Of a DNA stretch of 64,000 nt, positions 1 through 9,009 are shown one piece after another. Positions within the stretch are counted from its first letter, which is position 1. Each line of letters begins with the position of its first letter. The notes under the pieces are model-generated. The model saw only the letters and a list, made by a program, of their open reading frames with translations, was not told where the DNA came from and did no database searches. Source of the DNA: a virus. The position numbers were made by a program, and so were the translations under genes. The stretch covers positions 1 through 64,000 of IMG/VR virus record IMGVR_UViG_3300038461_000101. One strand, written 5' to 3'.

Positions 1-1
1 G

Positions 2-511
2 GTAGGAGCAGTAACGATCATAATTCCATCCTTCAAGGCATCTGAAGCCCAGGCTCCGGCTGTTGGAGATCTAGCTACTTCAGTCATTGCAACTCAGCTT
101 GCCAAAGCCAATAATGTTACCCAGGTAATGAACTTGATGAGCAAGATTGGATTAAGAGAAGCATTTAATCATCTTGAAGCAGCCATCTATGCCCCCCACT
201 TCTTGCGCCCAAAGCACCAAGGTGACGATCCTTCTCCCAAAAAGATTGAAGATCTTATCAAGAAGGGTGCCTGTAATCCAATTGTGGTCTATCAATGTTC
301 TTCATGGGGACCTACCCGTGTCAAATTCGTGTGCTCGGTTACACCTGATGTGATGGTCGGCTTGGTAGTATCCCTTGATCCCAATGGCACAGATTGGATG
401 GTAACTGCCTTCCCTGGCTCAGTGGCATACTGGACTCCTGGCCTGTGGGATCCAATTACTGGCAATGGATTGACTGGCTGTACAAATATTGGAACGGTGG
501 TGCATCCATGA
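2..511 (+). CDS. Hypothetical protein, 5'-partial
   Basis: The frame of ORF 128..511 stays open back to the window start (VGAVTIIIPSF...). Its stop overlaps the next ATG (ATGA). Confidence 0.6.
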   Translation, partial: VGAVTIIIPSFKASEAQAPAVGDLATSVIATQLAKANNVTQVMNLMSKIGLREAFNHLEAAIYAPHFLRPKHQGDDPSPKKIEDLIKKGACNPIVVYQCSSWGPTRVKFVCSVTPDVMVGLVVSLDPNGTDWMVTAFPGSVAYWTPGLWDPITGNGLTGCTNIGTVVHP

Positions 512-786
512 TTTACTATTTCGAGAAGATGGCAAAGACTGGTTTGGCTCATTGTCAGGTTTGCCATCAAGTGATTGAGAAAGATACTCCAAGGATGGGC
601 ATTGAGGGAACTTATGTACCTAAAGTATGGCCCTGTCATCAGCGTTGGGTCAAATGGTTCCATCTTGCTTGTTCTTATCAACCTATCCAGCATGTAATGC
701 GAGATGCTTTGAATGAAATGAAGATTGCTATTTGTGTATTCTTTACTCTCTTATTCTGGAAAGGAAAGGAGAACATCGAATTATGA
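508..786 (+). CDS. PARP-type zinc finger protein
   Basis: AKTGLAHCQVCHQVIEKDTPRMG...KWFHLAC matches the zf-PARP pattern AKSGRxxCxxCxxxIxKxxxRxG...WxHxxC. ATG at 508 overlaps the upstream stop. Confidence 0.65.
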   Translation: MIYYFEKMAKTGLAHCQVCHQVIEKDTPRMGIEGTYVPKVWPCHQRWVKWFHLACSYQPIQHVMRDALNEMKIAICVFFTLLFWKGKENIEL

Positions 787-1265
787 AGCTAATAACCATG
801 CGTATTGCAGATGTGCCTGATGCGGTGATGCAAGACGAAAAGCAGGTATTTGAGTTCAAGACTCCAGCCGATAAGGAACTGTTCTACCAAACCGTTGGCG
901 TGGATCCTTCCATGTTTATGAATGGCGACAATCGTCGCATTCCATGGGCGGCTTGGGACATCCTACGGCAGAAAGGCTGGTGGCACGATCATTCAGAGAA
1001 CCAATTCTTGATCTGGATGTATCCTGAAACCCAACTTGAAGAACTGGAACTTCGATGCCGACACATGGATTGGACTTACCAATACTCGGATGATCATCGT
1101 GTTTGGCAAGCTGGCGAATCTGCCATGGCAAAGATCCATAAGTTACTTGATGAGCTGGATAGTTTACCCGAAGCCCGAGTGATCTATTACCAGTACATGC
1201 CCGATTTCATGAAACCTAAGAAGGAGGAAAAACCTGATGAATCAACTGGTACCCCTACCGCCTGA
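783..1265 (+). CDS. Hypothetical phage protein
   Basis: AAGGAG Shine-Dalgarno (SD), ATG at 783, coupled to its neighbours. Confidence 0.7.
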   Translation: MKLITMRIADVPDAVMQDEKQVFEFKTPADKELFYQTVGVDPSMFMNGDNRRIPWAAWDILRQKGWWHDHSENQFLIWMYPETQLEELELRCRHMDWTYQYSDDHRVWQAGESAMAKIHKLLDELDSLPEARVIYYQYMPDFMKPKKEEKPDESTGTPTA

Positions 1266-1710
1266 GAAAAAGCCTGATGGAATGTGGTATTGCGGTGCCT
1301 GTGGAAGAGTCTATCACGGGTATGAATTACATTGGGGCTCTCATGCCCAATGGACCTGTGGCGATTTCTTCTGTGGCGGCACAGTAATGAGCTTGCCCAT
1401 TGAATATAAGCGTGGTGATCAGATTGCCTATATCCCGGCCCACGCACAGGGAGATCCCAAACACCCTGATGTTCAATTTGGCTTTGTGACTTCGTTCAAG
1501 AATGGTACGGCCTGGTGCCGATATTGGTACAATGCCAAAGAACGTGCCCGGGCGGGAATTGAAGGTAACGAACCCGAGATGCGTACCACTGCCATTTCTG
1601 AAGGAACCATGCTGGATAACTTATTCCCGATCGTAACCGTGGAAAAGTACTTGGTTGAGGAATGGCTGGCAAAGATTGACCTTGAGAATGAAGTGGAGCA
1701 GCGTCGATGA
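1237..1710 (+). CDS. Hypothetical protein with N-terminal CxxC zinc-ribbon-like motif
   Basis: GGAGG SD, CGAC...CGDFFC, operon packing. Confidence 0.7.
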   Translation: MNQLVPLPPEKKPDGMWYCGACGRVYHGYELHWGSHAQWTCGDFFCGGTVMSLPIEYKRGDQIAYIPAHAQGDPKHPDVQFGFVTSFKNGTAWCRYWYNAKERARAGIEGNEPEMRTTAISEGTMLDNLFPIVTVEKYLVEEWLAKIDLENEVEQRR

Positions 1711-2003
1711 TTATTGGCTATTTACCCGTTCACTCAATTGAAGATCTGCCAAGACAGATCCTGCCAGATAATGGGCGATTTCAAAAGTTCTTTGTTTGGG
1801 CTAAGTATGGTCCAGGGATTTTTGATAAGACCGACCATGTTGAAGCAACTCTCTGTAGCTTTGACTTTGACCCTCAAGCCTTACAATTTCATTCGTGGTT
1901 AGGCAAAGACCGTATTGACCATAAGAAGATCATTGGGTGGATGGAATTACCCCATGATTTAGAGAAAGCTCTTGAAGAGGTAAAAGATGCCAACTGTGGA
2001 TAG
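1707..2003 (+). CDS. Hypothetical protein
   Basis: ATGA overlap with the previous gene. Confidence 0.65.
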   Translation: MIIGYLPVHSIEDLPRQILPDNGRFQKFFVWAKYGPGIFDKTDHVEATLCSFDFDPQALQFHSWLGKDRIDHKKIIGWMELPHDLEKALEEVKDANCG

Positions 2004-2271
2004 TTCTATTTCCTGGGTGCTGGTTACTTCTCCTAATCCAGATCATCCTGATACCGAGATCATCGGCCATTGGGAGAATAACCACGGCCAACAAGTAACT
2101 CCTCGGATTGGTGATATAGTTGATCCGCATACCTGTGATAAGCACTGGCTGGCAGCTTTGAAGTGCCTGGGTTTTGATGTGGACAATGTACCAGGCGATG
2201 GGACCTTCCTTCGAATCAGGTCAATCAATCAGCAATATCACAAACCAGTACGAGTTCGAGGGTATAGATAG
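1987..2271 (+). CDS. Hypothetical protein
   Basis: GAGGT SD, overlaps the previous gene. Confidence 0.6.
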   Translation: MPTVDSSISWVLVTSPNPDHPDTEIIGHWENNHGQQVTPRIGDIVDPHTCDKHWLAALKCLGFDVDNVPGDGTFLRIRSINQQYHKPVRVRGYR

Positions 2272-2289
2272 TCGGCTAATTTGCGATAT

Positions 2290-2301
2290 TTCCAATTGGA
2301 A
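2290..2301. repeat. TTCCAATTGGAA palindrome copy 1 (intergenic, just before an SD)
   Basis: Exact 12 bp palindrome, one of at least 9 copies in the window. Confidence 0.85.
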
Positions 2302-2312
2302 GGAGAGCATAT

Positions 2313-2798
2313 ATGGCGAATAGATGTGTGGTAATCAACCTGTGCGAACATGAACTTGACGAGAGTGTACTTCCCCTTGCTGATGAGTATTTCATAATCA
2401 AGATGAAGGTGCCTGACATTGACCAGCGCACCAAGATGATTGTTATCCTGGCTTTGCGTCATGTCCTTGACCAGATGCTGGATGATCCAGCCTGGAGTCT
2501 CCTGAATACCGTTTGCATAATCTTTCCTGCAGTCAGCACCAATGCAGTTCGTTTCGCATTCTTCCTGGCTCATGCCATGTTTGCCATGGGTGTGGAACCA
2601 AAGATGTGGGAAGAACTGTGGGGCCGACCGGGGCTTTACTTTGATTATGCAGACATAATGATGGAAGGTGTCGATTGCATCATCCAACATACGATGGCGC
2701 AATCTGTCTTGCCAGTCCCTGCGAAAGTACAGGGTGAATGGGTTCGTAAGAGCCTAGCCGATTTAGATAAGAGTAAAGGAGAGCACAAAGATGGATGA
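2313..2798 (+). CDS. Hypothetical protein, weak resemblance to Csx15-like proteins
   Basis: GGAGAG SD. VINLCEHEL...W...IIFPAVS...FLAHAMFAMGVEP loosely parallels Csx15 motifs (LLNFSHPL...W...VNPP...LHGRMGYFP), judged from memory only. Confidence 0.35.
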   Translation: MANRCVVINLCEHELDESVLPLADEYFIIKMKVPDIDQRTKMIVILALRHVLDQMLDDPAWSLLNTVCIIFPAVSTNAVRFAFFLAHAMFAMGVEPKMWEELWGRPGLYFDYADIMMEGVDCIIQHTMAQSVLPVPAKVQGEWVRKSLADLDKSKGEHKDG

Positions 2799-3111
2799 AA
2801 CTGTAATTACTGCTGCTTTTGATTTGGCCCAACAGACCAGGACCGAACTGGCTGAAGCCTGGGAGCGTAAGATCGTTGCTGAAACTGATGTTGAACAAGC
2901 CAAGTGGGTTGCCACCAATAATGGCAGCATGGCTGGTAAAAATGATCTTGAACGCAATGCCAGCTTCTTTTCCGACCCGGATCACAAGGCATTGCTGGAA
3001 GAGTTGTACGATCGTGAGCGTGAATTGGCAGTAGCAGTACGTAACAACGATATTGCCAAGCTCGGTGTGCAGCGGATCCAGGCCCTGATAAGCTGGACAA
3101 AGGGCGACTAA
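2791..3111 (+). CDS. Hypothetical coiled-coil protein
   Basis: AGGAG SD, helical composition. Confidence 0.7.
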   Translation: MDETVITAAFDLAQQTRTELAEAWERKIVAETDVEQAKWVATNNGSMAGKNDLERNASFFSDPDHKALLEELYDRERELAVAVRNNDIAKLGVQRIQALISWTKGD

Positions 3112-3377
3112 TGATCTGCGTTATCAATGACAGGGGAAGCACCTTGGTTGGTCAAGGTGTCTTCCCCAAGGTGAGAGCATGGGCACTCAAGGAATTGAGC
3201 AAAGTATTCTGCTTACCTGTCCATTCTTTGAAGCAGGGATTTGCCCTGGTCAAAGAGAGCGAGAATACCACAATGGATTTCTTCCAGGAGAGTGATTTTG
3301 TGGTCGAGTGCAAAGTCATTACCCAAGAGGAAGTCTTGCAACTTGTGAGTTATATCGAGGTTGAGAATGGCGCATAA
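3111..3377 (+). CDS. Hypothetical protein
   Basis: TAATG coupling. Confidence 0.6.
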   Translation: MICVINDRGSTLVGQGVFPKVRAWALKELSKVFCLPVHSLKQGFALVKESENTTMDFFQESDFVVECKVITQEEVLQLVSYIEVENGA

Positions 3378-3642
3378 GCTGCCCATCATTGGCTGGCTTG
3401 AGAACCGCAACGGCCTTGCCAATGTCTCTGCCCTGGAAACTTGGAATGATGGCTGGACCACAAAAGAGCAGGCCATGCGTGTGATCGTGGCTGCGCAAGA
3501 CAGCTTGGGCCGGTCATTGAGAGGAGGCTTATCAGCACCTGTTGAAGAGTTCATGCGAGTTCTGAAACCACGTTTCAAACAATGTGGCTACTTGATTATC
3601 AAGTTGCCTACCTTCAAACTATTTGAGAGGAGTAAATCATGA
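3367..3642 (+). CDS. Hypothetical protein
   Basis: GAGGT SD, overlapping neighbours. Confidence 0.6.
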   Translation: MAHKLPIIGWLENRNGLANVSALETWNDGWTTKEQAMRVIVAAQDSLGRSLRGGLSAPVEEFMRVLKPRFKQCGYLIIKLPTFKLFERSKS

Positions 3643-4055
3643 AAACAACCCACATAACCCGAGATGGAAAAGGAATGCCCATTGCTGCAATGAAAGATGA
3701 TCATCTGGTGAATATGCTCAATCTGGTTTACCAGAAAGTCATGCTTATCAAGAATGCACGCAGCCAGGGCAAGCCCTTCGAAGCTCGGTTGTACGGTGTG
3801 CAGACCATTACCGATGAGAATGCTGCAGATCTAATCAATCAAGCCTTGAATGAAATGGCACCTTATTTCATTGAAGCCTATCTGCGGGATCTACCCGAGC
3901 CCAAGGAAATGCTTCGAGCTATCTTTGACCGAAGCAAGCGATTGGAAGGTTTTGACAATGTGCCTGTGTTGACTCAGCGCAGTTACACTGCTGCTGAACT
4001 TATTAAGCTGGCTACTGGAATTGAAGAGCCAGATCCTGACGAAGGCGATAGATAA
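3639..4055 (+). CDS. Hypothetical phage protein
   Basis: AGGAG SD, ATGA overlap, N-terminal TRDGK...MKDDHLVN motif. Confidence 0.7.
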   Translation: MKTTHITRDGKGMPIAAMKDDHLVNMLNLVYQKVMLIKNARSQGKPFEARLYGVQTITDENAADLINQALNEMAPYFIEAYLRDLPEPKEMLRAIFDRSKRLEGFDNVPVLTQRSYTAAELIKLATGIEEPDPDEGDR

Positions 4056-4066
4056 GGAGATGCAGA

Positions 4067-4516
4067 ATGTACCAAACAATCATCATCGTAGGTAATGTAG
4101 GGCGTGATCCCGAGATGCGCTATACGCCATCGGGCCAGGCAGTAACATCGTTTTCTGTGGCAACCAACCGGCAGTACACCAATAATGCCGGGGAAGTTGT
4201 GAAAGAGACCATCTGGTTCCGCATTTCGGCCTGGGGCAAGACCGGGGAAGTATGCAACCAGTATTTGCACAAGGGTTCCAAAGTGCTGGTCGAAGGGCGT
4301 TTGACTGCAGATCCTGCAACTGGTGGGCCACGTGTGTGGACCGGCCAGGATGGTTCCAGTCGGGCATCCTTTGAAGTTTCTGCTGCAACTGTGCGTTTCT
4401 TGTCCAGCAAGGCCGAGTCCACTGCTGGCGAAAATGCTGCTCCTGCAGGAGAAGCCGCTGAAGAAAGCAACTCTGCTTCCACTCCGGCTCCAGACGAAGG
4501 GGATATTCCCTTCTAG
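4067..4516 (+). CDS. ssb: Single-stranded DNA-binding protein
   Basis: IIVGNVGRDPEMRYTPSG...FSVATNR...WFRISAWGK...KGSKVLVEGRL OB fold and acidic DEGDIPF tail. Confidence 0.97.
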   Translation: MYQTIIIVGNVGRDPEMRYTPSGQAVTSFSVATNRQYTNNAGEVVKETIWFRISAWGKTGEVCNQYLHKGSKVLVEGRLTADPATGGPRVWTGQDGSSRASFEVSAATVRFLSSKAESTAGENAAPAGEAAEESNSASTPAPDEGDIPF

Positions 4517-4526
4517 GTAAAAGGAT

Positions 4527-4556
4527 GGGGAGGGGTGCGATCCCTCCCCTTTCTCT
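4527..4556 (+). terminator. Rho-independent terminator after ssb
   Basis: GGGGAGGGG-TGCGA-TCCCTCCCC stem followed by TTTCTCT. Confidence 0.7.
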
Positions 4557-4698
4557 ATGATCATTCAATCTCAAAGCCCTCAGCATCAAGCAAGGATTGA
4601 CCGCACCTGCAAAAGATGTGGCTGGTGGGTCATATCTTTGTTCTTTGAGAGTGAAGGATTATGCTACTTATGTGGTACAGACAGCGGAGAGCAGAAAA

Positions 4699-4968
4699 AT
4701 GGCAAACCTAAATCTAGTGGTCCCGGAGGAGATCTGCCCCCAGGATTACCAAAGCATCATAACAAGAATCGAAAGCGCACTCGAAAATTCTGAGTTGCCA
4801 CTCGGTTTACTAAATACCCCACCTGAATTACCCCATCTCTATGAAATGGTACGACAAGCCTTTGAAGGTGATCCAAGGATCAACTTTACCTATGACAAAG
4901 AACGAAGTGAACTCTGGCTTGTCAAACCTAATACTCGCAAATGGCGGAGGCCAAGATATGACTATTAG
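4699..4968 (+). CDS. Hypothetical protein
   Basis: GGAGAG SD before ATG 4699. It overlaps the alternative Cys-rich ORF 4557..4793. Confidence 0.55.
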   Translation: MANLNLVVPEEICPQDYQSIITRIESALENSELPLGLLNTPPELPHLYEMVRQAFEGDPRINFTYDKERSELWLVKPNTRKWRRPRYDY

Positions 4969-5686
4969 AGATTTGTTCAAAGATAAGTCTGAATGGTATC
5001 GAATGGAAGAACGTGAGAAAACCACTTACCCTGTTGACAAAACGATACCAACAGGAAGTTGGTTGGATGCCGACCGGGTAATTGTCCGAGCCGGTTACTA
5101 TATTTCACCAACTGATATGCCCTATGATCTACTGCGTGAAGAGATCCTGGAAAGGATTGGCAAACAGGCTAAACAAGCTGAGATATGGCTCAACAAAGGC
5201 TTCAGTGCCACTGATGTAATAGGGAGAACTGATCTAATCCCCTTCTTCGAAGGGACATTATCCAAAGAAACTGTTTTGGCAGTTCTTCTATGCACTGGAG
5301 GCCAGGAAGAGATTGAACATCTTGCTCGAAGACATGCTTGGGAAATTCGTCGGCAGTGGATGCAAAAGCAGCCTGAATATGCCCATATCAGAACTTTCTG
5401 GTATGTAGATTGCCCTGGTTATATGGCGCAATATTATGACATCAAGATGAAGTTGATCGGCCAGCATTATCCAGGCGGCCACTTTGCCAGTTGGGAAGGC
5501 GAAGGAGATTATGAACCGCCTTCTTTGGATGTGGTAGGTCGGCAACAAGTCTACCGACTAAACGGATGGGCTGGTATCACCAGACCTTTTGATACGGAAG
5601 GCATGAAAGATTGGGATGTGTTCTTACATCCATTGGATCTCAAGTCTCATAGAGACTTGGATAAGATTTACCTTCAACCTAAATAG
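4958..5686 (+). CDS. Hypothetical protein
   Basis: GGAGG SD before ATG 4958, long ORF. Confidence 0.75.
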   Translation: MTIRDLFKDKSEWYRMEEREKTTYPVDKTIPTGSWLDADRVIVRAGYYISPTDMPYDLLREEILERIGKQAKQAEIWLNKGFSATDVIGRTDLIPFFEGTLSKETVLAVLLCTGGQEEIEHLARRHAWEIRRQWMQKQPEYAHIRTFWYVDCPGYMAQYYDIKMKLIGQHYPGGHFASWEGEGDYEPPSLDVVGRQQVYRLNGWAGITRPFDTEGMKDWDVFLHPLDLKSHRDLDKIYLQPK

Positions 5687-5695
5687 GAGGAACTC

Positions 5696-5965
5696 ATGAT
5701 CAAAAGTGTAGTCAATGTACGATCGGATCAGCTCGAAGATGGTGATGTGCTTGTAGTGACCGTGGCCTTTCATGTAGGCTACAAATTGCCTGATGGTAGG
5801 CCCACTGTTCGTGCTTACCGGTGCCCCTGGCCGAACCCTGAACTTGGGCAGGATGATGGTGTCCCTCAAGGGGACAATATCCTGAATGAGCACGTAGAAG
5901 AGTTGATGAAGGCACTGGCTCCTGTCCTGACCTGGGCCGATGCAGTCCCGGATCCCACCAATTAG
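5696..5965 (+). CDS. Hypothetical protein
   Basis: AGGAGG SD. Confidence 0.7.
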   Translation: MIKSVVNVRSDQLEDGDVLVVTVAFHVGYKLPDGRPTVRAYRCPWPNPELGQDDGVPQGDNILNEHVEELMKALAPVLTWADAVPDPTN

Positions 5966-5967
5966 CC

Positions 5968-6432
5968 ATGAAGAAATCACCAGCAGATAAGCTCGTCAAA
6001 GCTGCTCAGGCTGAAATTGAGCGTCAACAACGACTCATTCGATGGGCGCAAGAAGTATTCAATCTTGGCCTGATTTTACAGGCATTTCCTGAAGCTCGCT
6101 TCAGCTGGTCCTGGTCAAGTTATCTTTGCGTGGATCTGCCAGCTCGCTTCGAACTTGTGTCTGAGGTCAAGGAGTTTGTGAAGCTGCAATATCCCAATTG
6201 GAAGATCTATTATGAGCATCAGATCATTTGGGAAGACCAAAAGGCTGGTGGAATCTTCTTGCAGTATCAGGTGCCGACCGGAGTAAAGTATGAAATGGCT
6301 GAGATCCATTTTGACTTCAGGACTTCTACTCAAGGTTCAACCTGTGTCATGCACCGGATTGGATCCAAGCGCAAAACTGTGCCTATCTTTGAAATCACCT
6401 GTCAGCAAGCGATCGAGGAAGGATCATTCTAA
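5968..6432 (+). CDS. Hypothetical protein
   Basis: Operon packing. Confidence 0.7.
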   Translation: MKKSPADKLVKAAQAEIERQQRLIRWAQEVFNLGLILQAFPEARFSWSWSSYLCVDLPARFELVSEVKEFVKLQYPNWKIYYEHQIIWEDQKAGGIFLQYQVPTGVKYEMAEIHFDFRTSTQGSTCVMHRIGSKRKTVPIFEITCQQAIEEGSF

Positions 6433-6911
6433 TGAGCCAGATCCAGGATTATTATCTTCACACTGTGCATAAGCACTGGATGCTGAACTATCCTGAGTTG
6501 GAGAGAACTCATAACTTCATCCAGCTCATGTTTCCCCTGCAGGAGAAGAGTCAATATCATCCTGAAATGCCTACACTTACCCAGGCCGATATTACTTTCT
6601 TCGGAATGACAGCGATTAGGCAGCGTCTGTACATCTCTTCAGTGGTTATGCTTGGCTTCTATGGCTTTGAGTATTACAAGGGTGCTATCCATCGAGCTGG
6701 CAATTTTGATGCTCGTGCCGGGGAATGGTGTACTCCAAAGAACCATAACTTCCTTCGAATTACCCGAATGCTGAAAAGCATGACCTTATTGGGCTTGGAA
6801 TACGAAGCAATGATGTTCTTCTCTACCCTGTCTCTGATCTACAGTGGCTTCGGCAAAACAACCATTGGGAATGAGACTTATCATTACTGGATGGAGGCGA
6901 TCCAAAGATGA
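6432..6911 (+). CDS. Opioid growth factor receptor (OGFr) conserved-region-like protein
   Basis: LERTHNFIQLMFPL...MLGFYG...NHNFLRITRMLKSMTLLG are the hallmark OGFr_N motifs. Confidence 0.85.
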   Translation: MSQIQDYYLHTVHKHWMLNYPELERTHNFIQLMFPLQEKSQYHPEMPTLTQADITFFGMTAIRQRLYISSVVMLGFYGFEYYKGAIHRAGNFDARAGEWCTPKNHNFLRITRMLKSMTLLGLEYEAMMFFSTLSLIYSGFGKTTIGNETYHYWMEAIQR

Positions 6912-7156
6912 ACAAAGAATTGCTGGATGAAAAGTTCTATGAAGCGTACCACAATATCAATCCCTGCCAAGCAATACGCAAGTTCCTCGATGAACAATTC
7001 AAGGATGTCGATAATGCTCACCTGAAGGCTCTGAAGCACTATATTCGAGAGGATCTGGCAACCATTGACCCTATTACCAAGCAGGAGCATGAACTTCCCG
7101 GGATGGTCTATGGGATGATCTGTGAAGCATGGCGTAAGTTTCTAGAGTCTCTCTAA
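6908..7156 (+). CDS. Hypothetical protein
   Basis: GGAGG SD, ATGA overlap. Confidence 0.65.
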   Translation: MNKELLDEKFYEAYHNINPCQAIRKFLDEQFKDVDNAHLKALKHYIREDLATIDPITKQEHELPGMVYGMICEAWRKFLESL

Positions 7157-7353
7157 TGGCTAAGAAAACCATGGGGCAGAGATTGCGTGATGCTGGTTTT
7201 GACTTGAGCTATTACAATCGGTCAGGCGGTCCTGGCAATGGGTACTGGAAAGTACGATGCTCTCAATGTGAAGCCCTGGTAATCAATGGAATGCCAACCC
7301 ACGAAACAGGTTGTCCTAATATTGTGAAAGACGAGAAAGAGGAGGAAGACTAA
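7156..7353 (+). CDS. Small zinc-binding phage protein
   Basis: VRCSQCEALVINGMPTHETGCPN (C2-H-C). Confidence 0.7.
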   Translation: MAKKTMGQRLRDAGFDLSYYNRSGGPGNGYWKVRCSQCEALVINGMPTHETGCPNIVKDEKEEED

Positions 7354-7805
7354 TGCCTATCATCTATCATGTTCGTTACAACAAATTTGCGATCGACAAA
7401 TTCTTGGAAACGTCCCCTGGGTGCGATAGAGAGACTTGGTGGACATTTGACCCTCGGGATCGTTATTATGACATCGTTGAAACTAAAGAAGTCCCATACT
7501 TTATCGAATTTGCTTCAAGTTATCGGGGAGAATTTGACTTTGAGCTGACCTATCAAGGTGAACGTAAACGTGTCGAACTTCGCCTGTATAAGCAGGAATA
7601 TGAAGTAGGCGTATGGAATTACACCGCGGAAGAATTTGAAACTCAGGTCAATGGTGCCTGGATGATTCCACACTTTATGGGAGGATATGCACTTCCTGAT
7701 GATGTATTCGAAGTAATGAAACTTATGTATCCTAATGCTATTCGTGGGCACTATGATCACGAGAAACATGGTTGGGTAAAAGATGAACAAGCGCAAGTTT
7801 CCTGA
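7353..7805 (+). CDS. Hypothetical protein
   Basis: GGAGG SD, TAATG coupling. Confidence 0.7.
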   Translation: MPIIYHVRYNKFAIDKFLETSPGCDRETWWTFDPRDRYYDIVETKEVPYFIEFASSYRGEFDFELTYQGERKRVELRLYKQEYEVGVWNYTAEEFETQVNGAWMIPHFMGGYALPDDVFEVMKLMYPNAIRGHYDHEKHGWVKDEQAQVS

Positions 7806-8142
7806 CCTTCAAGAGATGGAACCTATCCCACAAGATAGGTATGCTGAAGAAGCGGATTATGAGCCTGAAGTGCATGATGTTGCCCTGGTTGTGATCTTTG
7901 GGGAATTGAAGCTGAAAAGGCTTCTCGTCATTGCTGAAACCTGGGATCATAAGAACTTTGGCCGGGGGAAAAGGGAATACTACAAGACCTTCACTGAACC
8001 TGAAAGACGCATTATTGCCAGATGGCATCCGAATATCTACAACTGGTACCTGCGAACTGGTATTCCACATAAGGGAGTTCGGATGAAGTTGGGTGTTTAC
8101 GCCTTACTTTGTCGAGCTGCCAACTTCTTTGCAACCATATAG
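7783..8142 (+). CDS. Hypothetical protein
   Basis: Operon packing. Confidence 0.65.
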   Translation: MNKRKFPDLQEMEPIPQDRYAEEADYEPEVHDVALVVIFGELKLKRLLVIAETWDHKNFGRGKREYYKTFTEPERRIIARWHPNIYNWYLRTGIPHKGVRMKLGVYALLCRAANFFATI

Positions 8143-8150
8143 GAGGATCC

Positions 8151-8435
8151 ATGAGTAGCACAGACCAACCCAAGTCAGCTTATGAGCTGCAGGATAGTGG
8201 CTACACTATCGCAAATATCAACACTGTAGATCCCAACGGCCATTCCTGGCTGATTGTGAAAGGAATTGAGGATCTTGCTTCTGCCAATTTCCCTGAGAAA
8301 ATGTCTATGCACGAAGCCCAGGGTGATGGCGATGAAACGTATGTCCAAATTGAATGGAGCAATGGTGCAATTACAAACCATTACAGCCTCATTTCTGTAA
8401 CTTGGAAGCCGCCCGAACCGGCCAAGGAGGGCTAA
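8151..8435 (+). CDS. Hypothetical protein
   Basis: AGGAGG SD before ATG 8151. Confidence 0.7.
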   Translation: MSSTDQPKSAYELQDSGYTIANINTVDPNGHSWLIVKGIEDLASANFPEKMSMHEAQGDGDETYVQIEWSNGAITNHYSLISVTWKPPEPAKEG

Positions 8436-8975
8436 ATGCCTATTTTCAAGATAACTGTAAGAATTGCTGATGGTGATAACCGTTATGATAGGGTACATCT
8501 GGTCTTTGCTTCTGCAGAGAAGCTGGCCCGGGGAATGGTGATCCACGAAGAAGATCTGTGCAATCGCAAGATGTTTGCACCCTTCGAACGTCATGAGGAT
8601 GGGATGGTCTATCGCTGGCAGGAAATCTTCAAAGGTGGGTATCGGATCTTCGAGATCTGTGATGACCTGATTGAACCCTATCGCATGAAGGTACTTGGGT
8701 TGAATGTCAAGGTGGATGCCAACGAACTGATGCACCGGCCATGTCTTCCACTGAAATCCAGTGAGGCTTCTTGGCTTTGGAAGATGGATGATCGTCGGGA
8801 GTATTGGTGGTACCAGTGCGATACCGTGGTGGCCTGCGATTGTATGCCTGCAGAGGGCGATACTGACGATGTACACATTCACTCCTTCCCTTATTGGGAT
8901 ATTGGGTCCTGGAAGAAACAAATGGAGAGTGCTGGTTGGACTCTAGTCAAGGGTTGCTTTGATACGGAGGTATAG
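8436..8975 (+). CDS. Hypothetical protein
   Basis: AGGAGG SD, abuts the previous stop. Confidence 0.7.
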   Translation: MPIFKITVRIADGDNRYDRVHLVFASAEKLARGMVIHEEDLCNRKMFAPFERHEDGMVYRWQEIFKGGYRIFEICDDLIEPYRMKVLGLNVKVDANELMHRPCLPLKSSEASWLWKMDDRREYWWYQCDTVVACDCMPAEGDTDDVHIHSFPYWDIGSWKKQMESAGWTLVKGCFDTEV

Positions 8976-9009
8976 ATGAACTTGTCTGAGCAAGAAACAA
9001 CGGAAACAC

